Origin: Paraphysomonas bandaiensis
Lineage: Eukaryota; Protista; Chrysophyceae
Direction of reading: 5' to 3'
Assembly (NCBI GenBank): GCA_965644295.1
Contig: CBFFRP010000509.1
Coordinates: 1-11,050 of the forward strand
Length of the DNA: 11,050 nucleotides
Both the position numbers and the translations under genes were made by a program. Every line of letters begins with the position of its first letter. Position 1 is the stretch's first letter. Shown one piece after another: positions 1 to 6,967 of this stretch. The notes below the pieces were generated by a model, which saw nothing but the letters and a program-made list of their open reading frames with translations, did no database searches and was not told where the DNA came from.

Positions 1-51
1 GAGTTGGAGTATGAGCTCCGTCGCTTCTCTTCATTCCTCTTCATTCCATTA

Positions 52-181
52 TGTACTGCGTACTTACGTACTTCCACACTGTCCATAGGTACGATCATGT
101 AGGTACATGTACGGTTACACATTGTACATAGGTACGATGATGCGTGCATACGTACGATGGTATCAGTTACACGTACGATGG
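52..181. repeat. GTAC-dense degenerate repeat region
   Basis: Ten GTAC palindromes in about 125 bp. Longer units cataggtacgat x2 (85-96, 127-138) and acgtacgatgg x2 (150-160, 171-181). Confidence 0.7.
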
Positions 182-342
182 TTGAGTTTGTGTTTAGATA
201 GTTCATTCTACATCTCACTTAATTATACTATATATAATTATGTTCGATTGCTTCCTCTCGCTAGCACATCACTTGTTGACTATATACTATATATTATTTT
301 TTAAATATTTAATTTTTTAATTTTTTAATTATTTATTTTGTG

Positions 343-407
343 AGAAATACAGGAGTTTTACGTATGGTTTCTTTCATTTTGAAAGAAATACAGGAGTTAA
401 CGTATGG
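343..407. repeat. ~25 bp direct repeat (agaaatacaggagtt..acgtatgg x2) enclosing a 9-bp-stem hairpin at 368-388
   Basis: Copies at 343-367 and 384-407. Hairpin TTTCTTTCA-ttt-TGAAAGAAA. It lies immediately downstream of the stop codon at 409. Confidence 0.8.
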
Positions 408-408
408 A

Positions 409-741
409 TCATGTCGTAGACATGAACACCGTTATATCAATAAATTCAAACTTCTCAAATTTCTCAGTATTCTTGACTGAGCTTTTATAATAGTCATCAA
501 AATCCTGAACGTTTAGTTGGTAACTAGTATACCCTTTAAATGTAAAGTATCTATGACCATTTAACGCTCTAACCATTATATTGGCATCTTCTGGTAAGTT
601 TTCCTCAACCATATTATATAAAAAGTGCATATCAGGAACGTCTAATTCTTTACCTTTTTTTCTGTGTCTGAATCTGGTCGTAATTTCAACTGAGTTTTTA
701 AAGTCCTTCTCATCAATCTTATAAAACTTATATTTGTCCAT
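409..741 (-). CDS. Hypothetical viral protein (110 aa)
   Basis: Intact ORF with AT-rich codon usage like its neighbours. The shared motif TTTAAAAAATTAATATATAGTATATATTA lies directly before the ATG. No recognisable domain. Confidence 0.75.
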   Translation of the reverse strand: MDKYKFYKIDEKDFKNSVEITTRFRHRKKGKELDVPDMHFLYNMVEENLPEDANIMVRALNGHRYFTFKGYTSYQLNVQDFDDYYKSSVKNTEKFEKFEFIDITVFMSTT

Positions 742-772
742 TAATATATACTATATATTAATTTTTTAAATA
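742..772 (-). promoter_or_regulatory. Representative copy of the shared AT-rich upstream motif (AAAAAAT..ATATATA..TATAT..ATG)
   Basis: Related copies lie directly 5' of the ATGs at 741, 1028, 2622, 5943 and 6455. Variants precede 4059, 4548, 5310/5316 and 5485. One orphan copy is at 281-306. Confidence 0.7.
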
Positions 773-773
773 A

Positions 774-1028
774 TTAAATTTTTATTTTTTTAATATCATA
801 ATTATTTATATTATTAATATCATAAATTTTTATTCTGTTAATCAGTCGCTTTAATGATGGATGTAAGTATTTACATGTTGTACGTGACTCACATAAAGCG
901 TTAAGTTTCCTAGCTTCTGAATATTGTATATCGTATTCCTGTGCTATTGCTTTATAGGATGTAAAGTGTTGTGATGTAATCAGATTATTATTATTATCAT
1001 ATATTTCTACTATAAATTTATCTCTCAT
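774..1028 (-). CDS. Small putative DNA-binding protein (NUMOD1/IENR1-like HTH)
   Basis: IVEIYDNNNNLITSQHFTSYKAIAQEYDI resembles the NUMOD1 pattern (V.vyd..g.li..F.S...aa..l.i). The shared upstream motif is present. The domain call is by eye. Confidence 0.6.
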   Translation of the reverse strand: MRDKFIVEIYDNNNNLITSQHFTSYKAIAQEYDIQYSEARKLNALCESRTTCKYLHPSLKRLINRIKIYDINNINNYDIKKIKI

Positions 1029-1077
1029 TAATATATATTTATATATTAATTTTTTAAATAAATTATTTTTTATTTTT

Positions 1078-2622
1078 TTAAATATTTATTCCGTAAGTTT
1101 TCATTATATCTTTCACTGTCTTCTGACTTACACGGGGTGTTTCATCTTCATCTTCATCTGTATCTTCATCTGTATCATCATCTGCTGTATCTTCATCTGT
1201 TTTATCGCTTTTTTTATTACACTGATCACTGTGTTTATCACTTTGATTACTAATCTTTTTAATAGCGCTTGTAACAGTATTTGTATTGCAACGTTTTTTA
1301 ATTGTATCTTTAATATTATATTCTACATCGGGGCCATCATCATATTCATCTAATTCATGAACCCAATGTAAAGATTCAGAAACTTTATTTAATTCGTCTA
1401 ATGTAACATTGTACACATTACGCCTATCTTTATTCTTTTTGTGAATAAAATTTAATTCACTCATGACCTTATTAAAATCAATTGTATGTTTAACTGGTTT
1501 AATATTATTTTGAGTACAATACTGGATATAATGGTTAAATATTTCTTTAACAAGTATATTATTTATATCCAATCTCTTTAATACAAATTCATCCTTTAAA
1601 AACATTTCAACGCTTCCTAATCTCTTTGCGTATGCGTCTAACTTGTTTTTTGTGATGGGAAAATTTTGACTATAAAATTTTTCTGTGTTGTATTCCATTA
1701 AATAACAGTAAAAAGCATGTCCAACCTCGTTATTAAAGCATAGATTACGTAGCCATCCAAAATATTTTAAGTCATTACGTTTTTTACAACAAACATCACA
1801 AATAAAATACCTTCTTCCGCATTCCTCATTTAAACTATAATTTGCATTAATTAAATAATTATTAATATTTGCAGCCTGATATGTTGCCTCATGCTTTTGA
1901 TTTATTATATAAACGTCGCTCGTCGTATATCGTTTTAATTTGGTATTGATTGCGTCCCAATCAGCCCTGCTTTGTTTTTCCAGTTCTTCAAAATATACAA
2001 ATAATTTACCTCCTAGATCTGAATTAAATTTAGATGTCAATACGTCCGCGCCAGCCTCTAAACACAGGTCACGGCCAAGTACGTAAGTAGTCATAAATGT
2101 ACTTATAGTAGACTTACCAATACCCTGAGGACCTTTTAGGAAAATGATAGATTCGTTTTTATTACCCTTTGTCATGTTTGCAAACCACTTTAATAAATAT
2201 TCATATTGCGCCTGATCATTGGATGCCAATATTTCTTTAATATATGATAAAAACGCCTGTACACCTTCCTTACTCTTATCATCAAAATCTTCATATGGTT
2301 TATAGTCATGTGCAAACTGAGCGGCTAAATTTAGTTTCTTTTTATCAGGGAATATACCTTTACCTAATTCATAAACCATTTTACGAAGCCCTTTAAATTC
2401 AGTGAAATAATATTTTGCTATCCGTTTATCCATTCTGTTAAAATACGTTTCTTTAACTTTTTTGTGTTCCATAATGCTAAATTTTTTATGTCCTGTTCTA
2501 AGTGCATGTGCGCCGTTTGTAAGTGGGAAAAAATAATTTGTTACGTAAGTTTTTGACTGTTCATAAGTCAGGTTATCAAGGTGTTCTAAATCAAACTCTT
2601 CAAAACTCTCTTTTGTACTCAT
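1078..2622 (-). CDS. Superfamily 3 (D5-like) DNA helicase/NTPase, 514 aa
   Basis: Walker A IFLKGPQGIGKST, Walker B LFVYFEE, motif C NYLINAN and arginine finger RRYFI. The helical segment YEYLLKWFA before Walker A is typical of D5-like helicases. Acidic low-complexity tail. No AEP primase motifs seen in the N-terminus. Confidence 0.9.
   Translation of the reverse strand: MSTKESFEEFDLEHLDNLTYEQSKTYVTNYFFPLTNGAHALRTGHKKFSIMEHKKVKETYFNRMDKRIAKYYFTEFKGLRKMVYELGKGIFPDKKKLNLAAQFAHDYKPYEDFDDKSKEGVQAFLSYIKEILASNDQAQYEYLLKWFANMTKGNKNESIIFLKGPQGIGKSTISTFMTTYVLGRDLCLEAGADVLTSKFNSDLGGKLFVYFEELEKQSRADWDAINTKLKRYTTSDVYIINQKHEATYQAANINNYLINANYSLNEECGRRYFICDVCCKKRNDLKYFGWLRNLCFNNEVGHAFYCYLMEYNTEKFYSQNFPITKNKLDAYAKRLGSVEMFLKDEFVLKRLDINNILVKEIFNHYIQYCTQNNIKPVKHTIDFNKVMSELNFIHKKNKDRRNVYNVTLDELNKVSESLHWVHELDEYDDGPDVEYNIKDTIKKRCNTNTVTSAIKKISNQSDKHSDQCNKKSDKTDEDTADDDTDEDTDEDEDETPRVSQKTVKDIMKTYGINI
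1141..1200. repeat. Degenerate short tandem repeat (atcttcatctgt-like) encoding the acidic tail TDEDTADDDTDEDTDEDEDE
   Basis: Repeated ttcatc / atc(t/a)tcatctg units read directly from the sequence. Confidence 0.7.
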
Positions 2623-2705
2623 TAATATACAAATATATATTATTTTTTAAATAATAAATTTTTTAATTTTTTATTTTTTTAAAAATCTAAAGGTTTTTTA
2701 TAAAT

Positions 2706-4059
2706 TTAATATTGCAATGTTGCGAAACCGTTTTCAATCAAAATGACTTGATCAAAATAAGCGTATGTGTCTATGCGTGCGGTCACAGTGGGGGCACTTG
2801 AGGAAAAACGAGGCATAAAAAATATATCGTCAGTGCTAGAATTATAACCCTGGTATACTGTTTCCATACCTGCTGCTGCTGTAACTTTCTAGATCTAAAC
2901 CCAAGTAAAAGTTTGAAGATGTTGAACGACCCGTCATAATCGGCTGCTGTCTCGGTATTAGCATGCTGACGCTTGCATATCATAAGTATTTATATTAATG
3001 CTTGGTTCATGATTCAAATCGCTTACGCTTCCAATTGCTCTGATCAATTCGCCGAAAAATTCAGGAAGGCAACTAGGTGCTTTAGTTGGTACGGTCTTAC
3101 TACCTAATCTAACACTGTATGACTCTAGACCGAAATGATTTGATGACAGACGGGAAATAGGTGACTTCTCCAGCGTGTTTATCGCGCATACTGAAAAATA
3201 GAGATCTTAAAGAGTTATATTTAGCGGGTACGGGAACACTAAGTTCAACGTTGGCGGCAATATTTCCAGTATGTGAATAATTTCTGTAATCTTGTACAAC
3301 CCACCTTAAAGGTCCATTTGATGCCAAATTAATTTTATTCATTGCGTCATCTGATAACTCCATAAAATTACAAACATATTCAACGTCATTAATAGCTATT
3401 GATGTTATGGCTTTATTGCAACAAATGCCCTCTAATGGATTATTAACCAGAACTATTTCTAGACGTAAAGGCGCGCCGGTCATTGCAAACAGTGGAATAT
3501 ATTTATCACTGTAGCTTAAAAAATTCATTATTGGTACTGTATAATATCGTTTAGTTGTACTGCCCCCATCTGCAACTTGTGTGAATTCATTAAGTCTTTC
3601 ACCAACAATTAAACCCTCGTTTGTGTTTGTGGCGGTGTCAATAAGGCTGAAACATTCCGTTCCTGATAAAATTGTGTGTTTGTTAATAAAAGAGTCGTTG
3701 GACTGTTGCAAAGTCATTAACTGACCAACTAGATTATTATAATTCTGAATATCTGAAAGTAAAGTAGAGCCATGAAATACTCGCACTCTAGAAATTAGGG
3801 AATGAATACCGGCCTTATCCAGTCTGACGTATTCTGAAACCGCCGTGGTTGTTGCTGTGTTTACTATTAAGCTTAATTTTAAAAGTGAATCAGCACCCGA
3901 CATTACGAGATTACGACCGGTAGGAACATTAATAATTATGGTCTCTCCTGCACCATATGGTCCCAAACCATTTTGTGGAGCTATATTATTCTGATAATTA
4001 CGCGCATAACTTGAATTTATATTATTTGTGTATAATACGTTTTTTGGTAATCCTGACAT
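2706..4059 (-). CDS. Major capsid protein (PLV-type double jelly roll), about 449 aa after correcting 3-4 single-base frameshifts
   Basis: ORF 3109..4059 has PLV MCP-like motifs (LPKNVLY, PQNG, SLISRVRVFHGSTLLSDIQNYN, KYIPLFAM..PLRLEIVL, INDVEY). Manual translation continues in shifted frames: LSSNHFGLESYSVRLGSKTVPTKAP..EFFGELIRAIG (after ~3150), NFYLGLDLESY (~2910-2880), then GMETVYQGYNSSTDDIFF...IDTYAYFDQVILIENGFATLQY* ending at TAA 2708-2706. Confidence 0.85.
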
Positions 4060-4090
4060 ATATACTATAAATAGATAAATATTTTTTATA
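4060..4090 (-). promoter_or_regulatory. Candidate late promoter of MCP (AT-flanked TCTA, 12 nt before the ATG)
   Basis: The minus strand reads AAAAAATATTTA-TCTA-TTTATAGTATAT-ATG, which resembles the CroV late / mavirus promoter element. Confidence 0.45.
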
Positions 4091-4107
4091 GTATAATAAA
4101 ATATAAT

Positions 4108-4548
4108 TTATATAAATGTGCTGTCATCTTGTGTTAACTTAGCCAAAGCTTTTCTTGTGTTGTGTTTTTCTAGTTTATTACCTGCATTATGAGCTTTATG
4201 AAATGCTTTTTTACTGTGTTTGTCGGCTTTATTGTGTAGCTTATGTAGCTTATGTACTCCTTTATGTCCTTCGTGTAATCCTGCTTCCAATAGTCTAGAT
4301 GCTGATCCAACAACGGGCATTGTATTTAATCCTGCTTTATTAATAGCGTGTATAGTTTTATCGCCGACGCCTAATATTTTATCTGCTACGTCAATTGCCT
4401 TTGCTGATTTATCAAGTCCTTTATTTACTCCATGTTGGACCTTGTCTAATACGTCGTGTGTTTTTTGTCCTAGTTTATGTATTCTGTGATCGGCCTTACG
4501 ACCTAGTTTACGAAATTTACGATTTAGCTTTTTGCCTAGTTTTGACAT
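4108..4548 (-). CDS. His/Lys-rich basic helical protein (candidate virion core or membrane-penetration protein), 146 aa
   Basis: Intact ORF between the penton-like and MCP genes, with the upstream motif. KLG(K/R/Q)K recurs three times at 11-aa spacing and the C-terminal third is H/K-rich. The function is inference. Confidence 0.7.
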   Translation of the reverse strand: MSKLGKKLNRKFRKLGRKADHRIHKLGQKTHDVLDKVQHGVNKGLDKSAKAIDVADKILGVGDKTIHAINKAGLNTMPVVGSASRLLEAGLHEGHKGVHKLHKLHNKADKHSKKAFHKAHNAGNKLEKHNTRKALAKLTQDDSTFI

Positions 4549-4578
4549 GTATATATACTATATTGAGAGAAATATTTT

Positions 4579-5316
4579 TTATTCAATAGTTAATAATAAA
4601 TTTAAAGACCAATGTAAACCGTTTAATTCCAATACATCTGCGTCTTGGTCTAATAATTGGACATGTAAAGTATTTATATTATGTATATCATGTACTAAGC
4701 TCTTAATATTATTAATATTTTTATAATTAATAATAGATCCTGCATTAACATCAACAGGTACAGAGGTAATAATAGAGGCTTTATTAGGTGTGGCACTATT
4801 TATATTATTTAAAACAAAATTTGACGATGCTATTAAAACGTTTCTTACTGTAAATAAATTTATACCAATTGTTGATAATAATGTTAATGAATCTGAATAA
4901 TAGGTAGTATTATCTTCAAATCCCAATAATTCAAAACAGGTTGAAGTATTTGAAAAAGAAAAATCATAAGTACTATGGGTAAATTGTAATTTATTAGTTG
5001 ATGAGTTATAATTTATTGTAAATCCTGGCTCTAAATTGGACTGTAAATAACTTATTAAAGTTCTAATATTATAATTGGCTTTTGTAATTGTAAGTGAATA
5101 TGGGATACTATTTAATGTATAATTCAGTGTGTTATTAGTTGAATTAACATTATAAAAAGAGTATGGGATAGAGGCGTCAATTACTGATATATAGGCTTTA
5201 TGACGTCGTTTAACGTCTATCTTCGGTAATATAAAAATACAATCAGTAGTTTTATTATTTAGGTATTGATTAGCTGTCTTGCTGTTTAGAACAATCTGTA
5301 TTTTCTCCATTAACAT
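4579..5316 (-). CDS. Minor capsid (penton)-like single jelly-roll protein, 243-245 aa
   Basis: Beta-rich pattern typical of PLV minor capsids: IQIVLNS, ISVIDASIPYSFYNVNSTNN, ITKANY, LLGF, and C-terminal LHVQLLDQDADVLELNGLHWSLNLLL. It lies close to the MCP gene. The start may be the second ATG at 5310. Confidence 0.8.
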   Translation of the reverse strand: MLMEKIQIVLNSKTANQYLNNKTTDCIFILPKIDVKRRHKAYISVIDASIPYSFYNVNSTNNTLNYTLNSIPYSLTITKANYNIRTLISYLQSNLEPGFTINYNSSTNKLQFTHSTYDFSFSNTSTCFELLGFEDNTTYYSDSLTLLSTIGINLFTVRNVLIASSNFVLNNINSATPNKASIITSVPVDVNAGSIINYKNINNIKSLVHDIHNINTLHVQLLDQDADVLELNGLHWSLNLLLTIE

Positions 5317-5485
5317 TATCAGATATATTTATATTTGCAAAATCATAAGTCAACATGTCTGTATCTATATTATTATTTCTGTTTAATTTTGGTGTGTCTA
5401 AGTTAATTACTTTGTCTAAGTCTATAACATTTTTCTTTGGAAATTCATAATTATCATAGTCTATTTCCCATTCTAGGCCGTCCAT
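5270..5485 (-). CDS. Small acidic hypothetical protein (71 aa, MDGLEWEIDY...)
   Basis: The ATG at 5485 follows an AT-rich motif-like leader, so it is preferred over the track's GTG start at 5500. The 3' end overlaps the penton start by about 47 nt. Confidence 0.5.
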   Translation of the reverse strand: MDGLEWEIDYDNYEFPKKNVIDLDKVINLDTPKLNRNNNIDTDMLTYDFANINISDNVNGENTDCSKQQDS

Positions 5486-5601
5486 ATATAAGTATATCAC
5501 ATAATATATTTATATATTTTACATCTAAGGGATAATTTCGCGAACAATTATCGCGTTTTTATCTACCTTATCAGTTTATCATTGCATTTTTATACATTTT
5601 G

Positions 5602-5690
5602 TTTCCATCCTACAGAATCCTGCGATATTTTATATCTAGGATAATTTAGATTTTATCCTTATTTCCATCCTACAGAATCACTGCGATATT
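5602..5690. repeat. 28-29 bp direct repeat tttccatcctacagaatc(a)ctgcgatatt x2
   Basis: Copies at 5602-5629 and 5662-5690. The second copy encodes the C-terminus of ORF 5659..5943. Confidence 0.85.
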
Positions 5691-5943
5691 CACCGTGTAG
5701 AAAATCATATTTTCTTAATAATTCAGTCCTTTTATCTTCGTCTTTATTTTCATATATGATTAATTGCCGTTCATTTAATAGCTCTACTTGTAACTCTTTC
5801 TTTTGTTTCTGAAGTTCTGATAATGTAATTTTCATGTCTTCTATTTCTCTATCTAAATTTCTTATCTCTTCCTGAATTTTAGGCATATGCGTTTTTCTAA
5901 TACTGTATACTTCACCTTTCAACTTTAATAAATACTCACTCAT
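5659..5943 (-). CDS. Hypothetical coiled-coil protein (94 aa)
   Basis: Heptad pattern IQEEIRNLDREIEDMKITLSELQKQKKELQVEL. The upstream motif lies directly before the ATG. Confidence 0.75.
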   Translation of the reverse strand: MSEYLLKLKGEVYSIRKTHMPKIQEEIRNLDREIEDMKITLSELQKQKKELQVELLNERQLIIYENKDEDKRTELLRKYDFLHGEYRSDSVGWK

Positions 5944-6022
5944 TATAATATATAACTATATATTTTTTTTTAATTATTTTATATTTTTACATATGTAATA
6001 ATTGAAATAAATTATAGTATTT

Positions 6023-6455
6023 TTAATGCGTTAGTTTATCAATAATATTCATTGAATATACCCACTTATCCGTTTCCATTTTCTCTTTATCGCCGTCATT
6101 TTCAATGATATAAACAACTGATTCCCAAAACTTATTTTTAAGATAAAATTCATCTTGAACATCATCACCTTCGTTTTCTCTTAAACCTGATTTAATAATA
6201 AATTTTTCATGCCAATCGTAACATTCAGGTGTATTGTTTACTGGTCTAAAAGTAAAAAAATTGCTACTTAAAACACCCTTATTCAAACCGTTTGCTTATT
6301 ATATCATTGACTTCATCAGCTGGCCTATTTAACTTATGTTTTAGACAGTCAAATGGATCATTATGAATGTACTTTTTATGTTTGTAGTAGTATTTACCAT
6401 TACGCTCGGAATCAACATTTTCACAACAACTAAAATATTTTAATTCTTTTGACAT
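6023..6455 (-). CDS. Hypothetical protein (~143 aa) split by one +1 frameshift at ~6291
   Basis: The ATG at 6455 follows the shared motif and reads MSKELKYFSCCENVDSERNGKYYYKHKKYIHNDPFDCLKHKLNRPADEVNDIIS, stopping at 6281-6279. Removing one A from AGC-AAA-C joins it to NGLNKGVLSSNFF... (the TTG-started ORF 6023..6286). Confidence 0.65.
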
Positions 6456-6741
6456 TATAATATAACTATATATTTTTTTATTATTTTATATTCTTATATA
6501 TGTAAAACAGGGAGTAAAATCACGGCATGTCTATATATAGTGTTAAACAGGTCTGTTGTTCCGTCTATCTGTTGTAATTGTTCGGTGTTTAAGTCAGGGT
6601 TGGTCTATCGTTTGGTTAATAGGGTCGGTTGATCGCTGGGGTTAATATGTATAGTATTATTTTATTTTGATTGCATTTTTTTTGACACTTTTTTTAGAAA
6701 TATATTATATACAAACTTTTTTTGTTAAATAATATTTTTTT

Positions 6742-6874
6742 TAATAAAAAATGTTGTAAAAAATGTAGGGTATACTGTTGCAATATTTACTATAATAACA
6801 TTTTTTATTACATTTTTTATTGTGAATAGGTAAACAGCATTTTAGATGTAACAAAAATGTAATAAAAATGTAAT
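6742..6874. repeat. Subterminal array of ~12 bp aataaaaaatgt-like units in alternating orientation
   Basis: Forward pair at 6743-6766, inverted pair at 6799-6821 and forward pair at 6850-6871. Confidence 0.65.
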
Positions 6875-6967
6875 GTATAATATTGGAAGCACTTGTACGT
6901 GATAAAGAGTAATACCATAGGGGCAAGGGTTGGTGTATATTAATAGTTTGCATGGTCACGGTTAACA

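Noticed and set aside
1-300. Left TIR of the virus, or the missing LINE 3' end (CxxC in the minus frame from ATG 206)
   Set aside because: There is no match by eye to the reverse complement of 6500-7002. The Cys pattern derives from GTAC repeats and lacks a convincing zinc-knuckle spacing.
107-304. 65-aa + strand ORF
   Set aside because: It runs through GTAC repeats and AT-rich motif DNA, has no protein-like features and is opposite to all real genes.
2783-2983. 66-aa ORF with an apparent transmembrane tail
   Set aside because: It is mostly an out-of-frame reading of the frameshifted MCP C-terminus.
4220-4726. Three + strand ORFs (4220..4489, 4395..4589, 4532..4726)
   Set aside because: They are antisense shadows of the basic-protein and penton genes.
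5602-5690. Possible mini-CRISPR (28-29 bp repeats with a ~32 bp spacer)
   Set aside because: There are only two copies, one lies inside a coding region, no cas genes are present and the context is eukaryotic.
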